A DNA stretch of 63,951 nt, filler included. It is 14 parts of 14 records of this genome, joined end to end, with 100 filler letters (N's around TTAATTAATTAA, not from the genome) between each part and the next. Parts side by side here need not be neighbours in the genome. Positions count along the whole stretch, not along the records: positions 8,857 to 14,651 come from SRR7504441_19856; positions 14,752 to 19,487 come from SRR7504441_19865; positions 19,588 to 23,691 come from SRR7504441_19880; positions 23,792 to 27,001 come from SRR7504441_19887; 10 more parts are not named here. One strand, 5' to 3'. The notes under the pieces were generated by a model. It was not told the origin of the DNA and did not search any database. It worked only from the letters and a program-made list of their open reading frames with translations. A program made the translations under genes and the position numbers. Positions 11,801 to 23,803 of this stretch are shown here, piece by piece; position 1 is the stretch's first letter; each line of letters starts with the position of its first letter.

Positions 11801-14651
11801 CAACTGGTGGTTTGCCTTTGGAGGAAGACATCATCCACGCTCCATTACTCCCTACATTCCATGATACACTCTCCTCAGAGGAATCTGAGCAATTGTTTTC
11901 ATTTTTCACCACCAGTTATCTTCGGATTCCATTGGTTGTGAATTTCTTCGCGGAGCGCGATCGTGTCGTATTTCTGTTCCATGAGGATTTACAAGAACTT
12001 CTTTGTACAGCTTTGTTTGAGTCTGGGTCTTGGGCGCCAGGAGATCGTCCATGTGACTTAGAGCAGATTCCAGGGCGCACTCGATATTTTTTGGATGATG
12101 AGAACGATCTGAATCTGTTCGGCACCTGCCATGGGCTGCTCTTAAACGAACTCTACCATTCACCACAGTCAACTCTGGAACCATTGACAGTGCTACTGAA
12201 TTATGTATTCGAAGTCCGCTCAAGAACAGTGCACTCATCCGATGCTGCGTTTGTCTTTTTCATGATTGAAATTGCTTTGCGAATTGAACGAGTCATCTTG
12301 GAGCTGCTTGCTCGAAATGATCTGCGCTCAGACGTTTGCACGTACCTACAAGGATGCTCACAGTGGGCTGATACCTATTTGCGAGGTGACAATGGGGTGA
12401 TGTCACTGCTCAAAAACTGGATGAATGACGCTGAGATGGAGAAAGCTCTCGACGAGAAGCGTACCGGCAACATCCCAACTCTGACAGTTTTGCATGCTTA
12501 TCGTGCATTGATGTTAGGCAATGCAAAAGCGAGGCTCAATACCAACACAGAGGGCGACCGAGACAATCTGGCGAAGATGCTTGGAAGTGTGGCTTTTGTA
12601 CGAAACTGGCACACCTTTGGACAAATTCTGCGGGTGCATTCAGTATCAGAGGATTCCTTGGACAATGACACTGTGCAACGTGCCGCTTTTGATGCCCTGC
12701 TCGTGTTCCTTGAAGCCAAGGGAGAGGACATCGACCATATCACATTCGAGAGCTGCAAGCAGTACCTTACTGGCGAGACGCTTTGGTTCCTCCGCGGAGA
12801 AGAGCCCATAGTCCGAATACCTCTACCGAGTCTGACCAAAACCTCTCAAGGATTTGCCCCACCGCCTGTCGAAGTCCCCGAATTTGAACTGTTTGACCTT
12901 TCGAGTACTCTACGCGAGCACGTTGTCACCCAGCTCATGCAGCTGGGCAAGAACGACCCCGGAGCATTGGACTCGTTTCTGGCAGCCGTCGTGCGTACAG
13001 CATTAAAGCGACCTGATTTCATTAGCAGCGGGTGGGAGCTTATGACTCTGGGGAAGGGTGACGATCTTGCAACTGCACGATGTCGGGGTGTATGGGAAAA
13101 CCTCGGTATGCGAGTAGACACCCAGTCAATGGAGGTATTATTTCGAAGTCAAGCTCCAAAGCCAGTGCCAGACACGATTGCTGCATATCAGGACTTCGAG
13201 ACTGTGTTTGGCAAAGAAGCACTTCAATGTGCTGACAAGTTTCACCATGAGCACAGGCATTGGTTTGAAATTGTTGGAGACCGAAAGGAAGTGATGGAGT
13301 GGGATGTACCTACATGGTATGATCAAGGCTGTGGCTTTCCGTCGCCGCTTTTCTCGCCTCCTCTAGTGTGTACTGGCGCGTTTTGTAGTATCGATCGGTC
13401 CTCGTCGACACCTGCACCCCAAGATCAATGGGAATGCCCGATTTGCCTGTGGAAAAATCACCTATCACAAGCATGCTGCGAGAATTGCTCGGTGTCGGCC
13501 ACACAGAGGACCGTGAGCTCGTCTGCGTCTCAACCTGACCAAATTTTTGGATTCTCATACAATGGTATACAATACTCTCGACCTTGGCTCTACTATATGA
13601 CAGAAAGCCAAGAACAGCCCCCGCCTCCAATCTCAGAAGCCGAAGCATGGATAAAGAAGCTGCTGACACCTCTGTTGGAAGCAGCCTTTCCAGAAGATCG
13701 ACCAATGGAATTCAAACTCTACATGCCTGCAAAGATTGGAGAACCTCTGGCTCAGAGATGTACTCTCCTTGGTGTTGTCAACGCAGGACAGCCCAATGCA
13801 ACGTTCAAGGAATGCGAGATCCTGAGAAAGACTGGTGTTGTGAATATTTACGACTTGATAAGTCATGGAAGGAGGATGTATCGCTCGCTGGTCTTTTGTT
13901 CCAATTCTCGGCACTCACTTATGGAGGGGCAGCCGGCAATATGGCATGACGCAAGCTGCCCTAGCGCGCTTGCTGCTAGCATCGGCCGATATAACCTTGG
14001 TGCGCCCAATCTACTTGCAGGCTCAAAGTCGCTGGTCATTGCACGCGAAAATACTGAGCTCGGTGGCCGGGAAACCTTTGTTCCGCCTATCCTTTTGAAG
14101 GGCGTGATGCCAGCTGCTTTGCTTGAGGCCTGCCAGTTCTGGCAAGGACAGGATCTCGTCATTCGAGGCGAACCTGTCTGTCCAGACCATGAATTCTACG
14201 ATTATTTGATTGAGATTCGCTCCAACGAACAACAGACCGCCAAAATTGTGCGGCTAGAGAAGGATGACGGCTTTATGGAAATGCAGATCGAAGGAGCATC
14301 GCCCTCGAAATCTGTGCGACGGCAAGCATCGCTAAGCCCTCAACACATTGCAGCTCGAGAAGCAACAAATATTGAGAAGCTCGTGGAACTAGGATATAGC
14401 GAAGCTGCAGCGAAGTATGCTCTTGGAGTTCAAGCGGACCTGGGAACTTCCACTGTTAATCTGGTCAACCATGCTGAGCAATGGTTGCAAAATACATCCA
14501 ACCGCTTGGAGCTCAAAGAAGGGCTAAAACGGCAGCAGGAAACACATGCGCTCATGAGAGCACGGTCCAGAGCTGGTGGCGTGGCTGCGGGCCGAGCACG
14601 TGACATTTGTCGCAGCTCAGTGGAAGAATGGGTCGAGGAAACAATGTCGCT
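8867..14651 (+). CDS. Giant protein fragment with nucleoredoxin-like thioredoxin domain (WCPPS), RanBP2-type zinc finger and UBA-like domain; partial at both ends
   Basis: Four ORFs join through three GT-AG introns. LSGKTIGLFFSGHWCPPSRDFTPRLVELY..WEIVFVSSD..MPWLAV..FGVNSIPTLIIIAPDG..FPW; WECPICLWKNHLSQACCENC; IEKLVELGYSEAAAKYAL. Confidence 0.75.
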
Positions 14652-14751
14652 NNNNNNNNNNNNNNNNNNNNNNNNNNNNNNNNNNNNNNNNNNNNTTAAT
14701 TAATTAANNNNNNNNNNNNNNNNNNNNNNNNNNNNNNNNNNNNNNNNNNNN

Positions 14752-17700
14752 ATCAGATGACTCAATCGTCACTTCATTTGCTGCTGCCAACAATTGACGA
14801 CTACGAAGCGCTAACGTCTGAGCTCGAACAGACATCGTGGGCTCAAGGCTTGATAGCCCCGCACCATCGACCTCGATGCCAGCAATCTGGGTGCTTGGAG
14901 CGTCCATGGCCAGCTTGCCACCAAAGCCGGATCGAATGTGAACACTTGAGGCTGAAAGATCGAATGTCTGTGAAACAACGTTGACATTGCTACCAGCAAC
15001 TGCTAGCTCTGATGACGTAGTCAGTGCAATTCCGGATGGGCTTGTTAGTTGCATTGGCCGAACTGCATCCTGAGCATGAACCATAGTACCATCGAATCGC
15101 AGCGCGTCAAGGCTCACACCACCAAGGCCTTGCAATGACAATGGCCCGCTTGAAGCATGTAACTGCAAAGAGCCAGCGTTCAAATCTATTCCACCTGATC
15201 CAGCTTCGACTGCTAATGGGCTCACAATATGCACTCTGCCCTCGGCAGCAGGATTCAGCAGGATGGCACGTGGTGACACCAGCTGTAGCACTCCATCACT
15301 TTCCATAGTGGTGCCACTTAGCTGCACACCGCCCGCCACAAGGCCACCTTTGGCACGAACTGAGCCACCCATGACAGCTGCTTCGAGCTGCAGATGTTCA
15401 GCTTTTAGTGAAGCGATTCTACTGGCTTCAAGATCAACTGTATGAGCAGAGACGTGAATACTTTCTTGAAGTGGTGACCCAAGTACAAGCTGATGGCTAT
15501 CAGTCCGAAAGTGTACAGGTTTAGTCAGGTCATCGGATTTGAATACAGGGCCATCAAAGTTCCACGAACCTGCTTTCACTGGGCCCTTGAGCGCAATGCC
15601 AGCGTTCCAACCTGTAGCAAAGCTCAGGGTGCTTCCCTCAAACCGTAGCTCCTCTTGACTGCTCAATGAGATCTGGCCACCATGCAGCTGTACGAGGTCA
15701 CTCTCCATATGAAGCTGGCTGTCAGAGTGGAGCTTGAGCCCAGTGGTTGTATCTGAGCTCCTCAAACGGGAGCCGTCTATCGATATGGCATCCATTGCCA
15801 CGCGACCATTCAGCCGCAGTCCACCTTCTTCCTCAAATCCAGTGGCTTGCAACGTCAAGGCACTAGACTCAATGATACTGGCAGAAGGACTGGAAACTGT
15901 AAGGGCGCCACGGATCATCACACCATCTTTTGAATTGAGATTTAAACTCTTCTCTGAGTGAAGCAGCATCGGCTTAATGGAATCACCGGATGCCAACGTA
16001 TTATCCGAAAGCACCATACCTCCAGTACTCAATTCCCCACCCCTGCTGAGTGTAACTGGATTATTCCATCCAGCCATCAGGGAAATTGTGCCTTGGGCTT
16101 CGATGGTTGCATCAGTTTCACCTTGAAGCAATACGCGTTCACCTGCTATCCACAGGTCCCTTGAACTCGCAATTTGCACATCACTGCTCCCGCGTAGCTG
16201 GAAGTGTTTGACCTTATCTTCAGACGAAAGCGTATCACCGTCCACACTAATAGCATCGATTTGCAACGGTCCTTTGATTTTAACATCTTGGTTCAACCCT
16301 GTTGATTCAATGTTGATCTCGGGCGCGGAGAGTGTGAGCAGAGAGTCAGCGGAAAAGTCGATTGTCTTTGATACAAGTGCTATCTCGTTACCATCACCTT
16401 TCCCTTGCATGCTGATCCGATGGGACCGGATCAAAAGGTCTTGTGCTGGGTCTGAGTTCTCGAGCGTTGGGCCATCGATATGCAGAGCTGAAAGCTTGAC
16501 AGCGCTGTCAATCTGAACTTCGCCATCCCAATTTGTTTTGAAATGCATACTCTGTCCAGCATCAAGTGAAAGGTGCTCAGATGTCACAGACACGGAGGGC
16601 GCTGCAAGTTCAACCTGACTGGGGCTTGCAATTCGTACGCCGTGTTGGCTCTCTACAACCAGGTCCTTGACATGATCTGAGCTGTGTATTTGGGTGGAAT
16701 CGAGCTCTAAAGAGTCAATCCTAACGGAGTCTCCTCGAGGTGAAAGTTGAATCGAGCCGGCACCCCAGTGGGTTGTTGCCAAGTCGATCTGAGCGGCAAA
16801 GAGCTGGGTCATGCCCGTCGACCTTGACTCTATTCCGCCAGAGGCCATCAGACCAATCTTGGGTGATCTCAAGGCAATATTAGCCTCAGATCTGAGGGAG
16901 AGACCACGAACGAGATCAGCTGCCTCTACTTGACTTCCTTGCAATGCCAACCCATCTATCTGCACCCTACCACCTTTTAGGCCGAGCGAAATGTCCTCAT
17001 TCAATCCCACAGACAATTCCAGCTTGTTAGCTGAGATTGTCATGGCGTCTGAAGCCTCAAGTGTCAAAGCTTCCCCGGAATGGATTGTTGTGGCTCCTTG
17101 CTTGGATCCAAGATTCATCTGGTACTGTGAACGAACTGTAAACCCTTTAACTTGATCGTTACTGGAGAGGGTGGAGCCATCAAAGAGAACGTTCGATACT
17201 GCGATCCCCAATCCGGCAGACAGCCTCACAGCTCCATTCAAGCCCGCCGAGAGCGTGACCTGGTTCTCAGCTTCGACCACAGCTTCAGAGCTGGCCTCTA
17301 CCTCGACCTTCTCACCATAAACCCCAACTATTCCTTTGCGGGCCTCCATCACCAGGTCTCGATCTGATCGTATTCCAAGGGACTTTGAATTATCCCTAGG
17401 TTTCAATTGAGGACCAGAGGCAATAATCCCGCTCATCCTGACGTCTCCTCCCATAGCATCGAGTGCAACATCTCCATTCCAGCCAGTAGCCACCTTCATT
17501 TCGTTGGTAGCTGTCACCTCAAGTCTGTCATACGCTTCAAGCTCGACATCCTTTGCTTGTAAAGTTATAGGCATCGGGTTATTCATTGAACCTGCTGACA
17601 TCACGATGCCAGCTTCACTCCGTTTTGTCAGCCCTTTGATGGAGTCCAAACTCTCTACTCGCTGACCTCCAAACTCCAGCGCGTCACCAAGGGCTACAGT

Positions 17701-19487
17701 TCCTCCTTTGAGTTTCATCTGCACGTCCTGGTTCAAGCCTGGCATGAGTGCAATATCTCTCTCAGCATTGATTGATGTTGCAGCAGCGTCCAACTCAATT
17801 GAGGACCTACTCAGTAGCTGTGTTGTGCCAACTGATGAGAAGTGCAACATGCGCTTGGCATGGAAATTGTACCCATGTAAAGCATCAGAGGATGTCACTC
17901 CTGAAGGATCGAGTTCCACACCAGGAAGTTGAACCGAGCCTGCAAAAAGCACAAATCACTTAGCCGGCATGTAAGGCAACTCACCCCCACGAAGCTTGAA
18001 CTCGACAGGCTGATTTAGCCCAGGGGAGAGCACAATCTCGGGGCTCGAAATGTCGATCGATTCTTTTCCTCGGAGTTTTACACTTGAGGCCGACACGGCA
18101 ATATCTCTGTCATTAGGGACTGCGATGCTGAAATCACCAGCGGTTGCAACTCGGAAAGTCTCCTTCATGTCATCACAGATCAACTGCGAACCTTTGATTG
18201 AAATACACCCAAGCCGAAAGTCTGCCCCTCTCTGAAGATCAATGTCGATCCCATAGCCATGAGCTGGCTGGAATGTCATGCGGCCATCTGATTTAAAAGT
18301 CACATCCTCGTTTGCCTCAATCGAGTGTGAGCGGCCTCCAGCTATCATCATAAGGGTTGCAGTGTTGTCTGCAGCAGATTCGATAGTGAGGGAAGTCTCA
18401 TCGCCCGCAAGAATTAGATTGGTCGGATCTGTAGAGTTACCAGCTTGCAAAATGACCAGAGCCTCTTCCTGGCCTGAGCTGTCGCCTCGAATGATTCTCA
18501 AATCGTCGTGAGAGGTATGCCGCAAGGTGAATGATGAGTTTCCATCTGAGAGAACGACTGATGACTCTTGACCAGAAGATGCTCTGAGCTGCAGCCTGGC
18601 TTCCCACGCCTGCTCAGTGCAGCTTGCAGAGTCTGCGCACGCTTTGATCTTATCTCCAGATGACCAGGCAGAATCAGCAACAACCAGGTCATCTGTGCCA
18701 ATTGTCACCACAGGAACCGGAATTGTACCGCTGAAAAACTCGAGATCGTTGTCTGAGTGAACCAACGAAAACAGAGACGAACTACCCGCCCGAAGATCAA
18801 TTCGAGACGTCTTGCCTTCGTCAGCATGCAGCGTCAGCACAGAGCCGTCTTCGTCATGCCCTGAATCGATTGTCATAACAGGCTGTCCAAGCTGTGCAAA
18901 ATAAAACCTTCCTGACTCAGCACTGTGTCCGATTGATGTAGCATTCACGGCTGGGCCAAATACAATTTCTGAGGCACCCCCTTCCGCAGACTCAATGACA
19001 AGAGCTGTGCTGGCTGTAGCGTCTGTTGGTCTCAGCACAAGAGACGAGTTTCCATTATTTGTATCGATTTCGATAACAGCATCTTGTGTACCGTCCTTGT
19101 GTATCTGAAAGCGGTCTTCGACACCATCTCCAGCCGACGAGAGAGTAAATGTCGAGAATCCGCTGATCAGCTTCAATTTTGGCGTTTGGTCAGTCGCAGA
19201 AATGGACAACACGGTGTTGGAAGCCTGCATCGGATCAGGGTTGCGAAGTGTGAGGCTAGTATCTGTATCTGGGGTTGCATCGAGCGAGAGTGCAGCACGC
19301 ATCTCATCATTCCAAACGAAGTCAAGTGTGTGCTCAGCAGAGTGTACAATGGAATATTGATCTTCTCCCGTCACCAAAGATAATCGAGCATCTTCCTCGG
19401 AATAGAGTTCCAATGCCGCATGTGGCTTCTCTGCAGCATGAAAATTGAAGACAGTAATGTCATCCATTGAGGATAGCTTCAAGAGGA
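14752..19487 (-). CDS. Very long beta-strand repeat protein (tail-fibre/triple-beta-helix-like), partial at both ends
   Basis: The 508-aa and 1082-aa ORFs join through a 45-nt GT-AG intron (17940-17984), restoring KLRGGSVQL, which matches the repeat consensus LKGGxVx[LI]. About 14 repeats of ~75-85 aa. Confidence 0.75.
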
Positions 19488-19587
19488 NNNNNNNNNNNNN
19501 NNNNNNNNNNNNNNNNNNNNNNNNNNNNNNNTTAATTAATTAANNNNNNNNNNNNNNNNNNNNNNNNNNNNNNNNNNNNNNNNNNNN

Positions 19588-20047
19588 GTGGGCGAGACAG
19601 TGTCGGCGCTGCTGGCGATGGAGGCGGCAGCCCGGGCTACGGAGCCGGCTGTCAGAGAGGCTCTTGATGAAATAGCAGTCGACGAGACCCGTCACAGCGC
19701 GCTGGCCTGGAAGACTCTGGTGGGCTCATCTGCTGATCATTGGCTGACTAGAGGGGCAGGGCTGGATGCTCAGCAAGGGCGACAAGCAGCTGCGGAAGGC
19801 CGTGGCTGAGATCCTCACCAAGCCGGGCCAGTGGCTCCCTGGGCCACCCAGCACCGATGCCGGCCCGGCCGGTGAGCAGCACGGCCGACTGAGCGGGGAG
19901 ACGATGCGGGCGGTGTCCAAGGAGGCTGTGGAGGTCGTGCTGGGGCCTTGCACCGCCGAGCTGCTCCAGAGGGGCGGCACCTGGCCGACCGGAACAGCGC
20001 GGGCGATGCAGGTCCGCACCGCGCTATTGGAGGCAATACAAATCTAG
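19588..20047 (+). CDS. Ferritin-like domain protein (myxobacterial-type family), 5' partial, 1 intron
   Basis: GETVSALLAMEAAARATEPAVREALDEIAVDETRHSALAWKTL-(intron)-GWML. ExxH di-iron motif in DETRH. Confidence 0.7.
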
Positions 20048-20418
20048 AGGCATGACCATGTACATGTTCAAAATACGAGACACTATCTGAGGCCACTCAT
20101 AGGCCACCCACTAGCACTGAGCGTGCTTGCGCCCTATGTGCAAGCAGCTTGCGCTGAGATTACGACAAAAAAACTCAGACAAGAATTGCCCTTACAATAC
20201 CCTTACAACAAGCCAATCCTAAGATTAAAGTACTCTCATAGGTGAGCAATTGGTACATTGATTTATTCAATTTTGTTTTACATGTACATGTACGATTTTG
20301 GATATGCCGCTCCGCAGGCAGGCTGACGCGCGTAGTCACGGCAGACATGGTAGAGCACTGAGTAGTTGCGGATGACTGTCGATGAAAGACCAACCATCAC
20401 TAAACTATCACAGCTTAA

Positions 20419-23112
20419 TCACAGCTTCCACGCCCGGGGGCGGATACGAACGTTGTAACGCTCTCCGGCTATAGTGCTAAATTGCCAAACTTGAGTCTCC
20501 CGGCCAATGTTCACACGGCGAGCCTTTACAGGAGTGCCACTTTGGGTTTGCACAAAGGCGACATTGGCATCCACGAAGCTGAAATCTCTACCGGCCTCGC
20601 TAAGCACTTCAAACTCAATTACGTCTCCTTGGATATTGCGTGATGCACCCACGACGAAGCCGCCACGAGCACGAAATCCTTTGAAGCTGGCTTCTTCAGC
20701 AGGCGGTAGGCCTGTTGCAACACACCCCAGATTAAGAGCGACCCATGGAACAATTGCTAAGCAGTGCCAGCCACCTGGAAATAGCCTCACAAATCCTTCA
20801 TGAGACTGCAACAATGCCTCACAAACATAAGCGAGTCCACCGAGTGTCTCTAACCCTCCACCGCCCTCTGTATGCCACATATTACCCTCAACCATAGAGT
20901 CACGTATAACTCGCTCAAACGTCCTCATCAACACATCGCCGCCCATTCGGAGCGATGGTATCACCTCATGCCCGTAGAAAACTCGCCCTGCACTCGCGAA
21001 TACTTGAGGAAACCCGTTCATCTGAAGCCAAGCGTCCTTGTACTGCACAGTCTGTCGAGCTATATTCAACTCATCCGGAGTTGAAGAGAACCCTATCACA
21101 TCAGAGCCAGGGAATATGGCGCTCAGCTCCACAGGGTTGCTGCCCGGGGGCTCGGCTCCGGCACCGACCACACCGACGTACACGCGCTGCCAGTGGCATG
21201 GACCACAAACCGACTGCTTGCACCCTACCGGATCGGTGCCATTATTGACCCAGCCGCAGTTACTGGGTGGGCAAAGCCCTTGGACGAGCCTGGAATGGGT
21301 ACAATTGTTATATGTAATGCTCACGTTGGTGGTCGGGAACTGTGGTAAATGCTCTCGGATCTCCTGCCACCGCGTGGCTTGCTCCACAGTGCCATACCCC
21401 TCAGTGGCCATTTCAGACAGGGCATCCAAGTGGTACTTAAGATAAGCCAAAGTGAGCTGGTTGTTGATGTTTTCTATGTTCCATGGCCATCCTCCGAAGC
21501 CATCTGGGACACCGCACATTTCCTGGAAACAGTCATTCAACACCACATATTCTCCGCGCTTGAGTCCTTTTTCTGGAATGCTTTCGTTCAGAAGCACCAA
21601 ATAATCTTCCCAGAATTCGATTGTCTCGGCCACATAGTCAAATAGCATGCTCGCATTCCGAGGCCGAAGAAAGAGAAAGCTGGAGCTAAAGTGTAGAGCT
21701 GCGAACAGACCATTGCTTCTCTGACCATTATCATTCCACCCGCCGCCATCTGCAGGGTTGCCATAAGGCGCGATTCCTGTAGGCAAGTGCAGCCCTCTGC
21801 AATTGAATAACTCACGCGCCCAGATCCGGGCCCATTTGCGATAGTCCAGTAATGGCCGATAGTAGCTTGCAAGTAACTCCTCGTGTCCAGCCTGAAGCGC
21901 GCCGTAGTATGTTGCCTCCGCGTTATAATTCAGATGAATGTCGCCTCCCCAGGCCATACGATCTACAGTAACGAAGGGCCCATACAGTCCCGGTGAGCCG
22001 CTCTCCCCTGAGCCTGCTGCGAGCTGGAGCAAGTATAGCGAGCTGTAGAAGAACCGCTCAGTAAGTGGAGAGTGCGGCAAGTACAACGAAGACTTGTTAT
22101 AGTACTGGCGCCATGCAACAGCATTTTCCTGCCTTGCTAGCGCCACCGACTCCGTGATTGGCATGCGTGACTGAACTAATGTGCTGGTTACCGCAGCAAC
22201 AATGTCGTCGTATTCGATATCACGGTTGTTCCCTACAGCCATAACCAGCAAGAGCTGCTGCCCGCTTTCAAGCACAATGGCGCCACTGGCTCCCGAGCTG
22301 GTTGCACTCGAGTTGATGAAGTCAACAGCATCTCCCCGCGCAGTAAACACCCGCGCGCCCATTGCGACCCGAGTCAGGTTCCTGCCATATTCGCCCAGCC
22401 GCGGCCGGCCCTTGCCATAGCTGCTTTGCCAGTCCTCACCTGCTGCACGCTGTGTAGTCAGTAGGCTGGTAGTGGCACTGCTTGGACCACAGATCAGGTA
22501 CGGATCCGGGCTTTTGAGAGGGCCTGCACGCACTGCAATCCCCAGAGGGATCGAGCCTGGGGCTCCCGGAGCTGCATGATAGACCAGCGAGGTGAATACC
22601 AAGTGCACTCGGCTGCTGGTGACCGGTCGCACAAACGAGGAGCTATCTAAGACGCCCACCCCCGGCTTGGAGAACTCTGTGGTCACTGTGCCATTGGCTA
22701 TGTGCTGTGCTGCGGAGTACGAGGCGTTCTCAAAGATGGGGCAGCTCAAATCTACCCCTCCGGGCACCGCCGGCCCCCACGGTAGAGCGGCGCTGGTCAT
22801 GCCTGCCGTGCGCGCGAAGCTGTTCATCCCGAAGTGAAAGCTGAGCGATTGCGGCTGGCCGCCCACCATCACGGCCAGGTGGCCATTGCCCAGGACGGGC
22901 CCATCCACCACGCTGTCGGCGGGCACTCTGGTGGGCGCCGCCTTCCATGTCCCGATCACTGATTCAACCCCACTGGCTGCCGACTCCGAGCGCGCAGTGA
23001 GCAGCACCAACGCGCACAGCAATGATACACGTAGGCGAGGGCGTGACCATGGATTGGGATGTTTCTCGCTTCTTTCCGGAGGTGCAAGCAACCGCGGCTG
23101 CCGTCGGTGCAT
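20419..23112 (-). CDS. Secreted GH95/GH65-like glycoside hydrolase (alpha-L-fucosidase-like)
   Basis: Hydrophobic N-terminal signal. DGPVLGNGHLAV, WGGDIHLNYNAE and EALLQSHEGFVRLFP..FRARGGFVV motifs. Probable in-frame intron near the 3' end. Confidence 0.75.
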   Translation of the reverse strand: MHRRQPRLLAPPERSEKHPNPWSRPRLRVSLLCALVLLTARSESAASGVESVIGTWKAAPTRVPADSVVDGPVLGNGHLAVMVGGQPQSLSFHFGMNSFARTAGMTSAALPWGPAVPGGVDLSCPIFENASYSAAQHIANGTVTTEFSKPGVGVLDSSSFVRPVTSSRVHLVFTSLVYHAAPGAPGSIPLGIAVRAGPLKSPDPYLICGPSSATTSLLTTQRAAGEDWQSSYGKGRPRLGEYGRNLTRVAMGARVFTARGDAVDFINSSATSSGASGAIVLESGQQLLLVMAVGNNRDIEYDDIVAAVTSTLVQSRMPITESVALARQENAVAWRQYYNKSSLYLPHSPLTERFFYSSLYLLQLAAGSGESGSPGLYGPFVTVDRMAWGGDIHLNYNAEATYYGALQAGHEELLASYYRPLLDYRKWARIWARELFNCRGLHLPTGIAPYGNPADGGGWNDNGQRSNGLFAALHFSSSFLFLRPRNASMLFDYVAETIEFWEDYLVLLNESIPEKGLKRGEYVVLNDCFQEMCGVPDGFGGWPWNIENINNQLTLAYLKYHLDALSEMATEGYGTVEQATRWQEIREHLPQFPTTNVSITYNNCTHSRLVQGLCPPSNCGWVNNGTDPVGCKQSVCGPCHWQRVYVGVVGAGAEPPGSNPVELSAIFPGSDVIGFSSTPDELNIARQTVQYKDAWLQMNGFPQVFASAGRVFYGHEVIPSLRMGGDVLMRTFERVIRDSMVEGNMWHTEGGGGLETLGGLAYVCEALLQSHEGFVRLFPGGWHCLAIVPWVALNLGCVATGLPPAEEASFKGFRARGGFVVGASRNIQGDVIEFEVLSEAGRDFSFVDANVAFVQTQSGTPVKARRVNIGRETQVWQFSTIAGERYNVRIRPRAWKL

Positions 23113-23336
23113 TGCACGAGATCGCCTCTGTGCATCCAACGGACAAACATGGCCGGACGAGGATGATGAAGATGACCACTTGGATCGGGAAAAGAAAAAG
23201 AAAATCAATTAGATAACTGATGTATAACGGACGTATAACGGACGTATTACGGACGTATAACAGTAACTCGGTATTAACTCGGCCGAGTCAGTCGAGTGAA
23301 TCTACGTTATCATTTCATGCTTACGAAACGTTATCA

Positions 23337-23691
23337 TTACAGGCTGCCACTCATCATCTCAACCTTGTGCAGCTCCTTGGGCCGCCGCCGTATCGTGCTC
23401 TGCACCTGTTGGTCGTTGTCCACCTTCACAACAGTCGGGACCAGATCTTCCCCAGTCCGCACTGCATCGTACCCCGCACGCAGCTGCCTTTGCCGCCGCC
23501 GATTGCGTATCGTGACAGCAATCAGCACCGAGGCGGCAAGGCAGGCGAGCAGCCCGCCTGCAAGCACCCAGCCGGACCAGCCCTCCATAGCGTTCAATGT
23601 CTGCATGTTCATCTGTGCAGGGGTCCTCGGGGTGATATGGTAGACCAGCTCCCGCCAGAGGACCAACTTGACTTGACCAGCCAGGTGCATC
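23337..23691 (-). CDS. C-terminal fragment of a single-pass membrane protein
   Basis: Hydrophobic helix WVLAGGLLACLAASVLIAVTI followed by a basic stop-transfer segment RNRRRQRQ. Cut by the contig edge. Confidence 0.4.
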
Positions 23692-23803
23692 NNNNNNNNN
23701 NNNNNNNNNNNNNNNNNNNNNNNNNNNNNNNNNNNTTAATTAATTAANNNNNNNNNNNNNNNNNNNNNNNNNNNNNNNNNNNNNNNNNNNNATATTTAAT
23801 AAT

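Noticed and set aside
23222-23261. Tandem 11-mer GTATAACGGAC x3.6
   Set aside because: Short minisatellite with no spacers; not CRISPR-like and no evidence of function.
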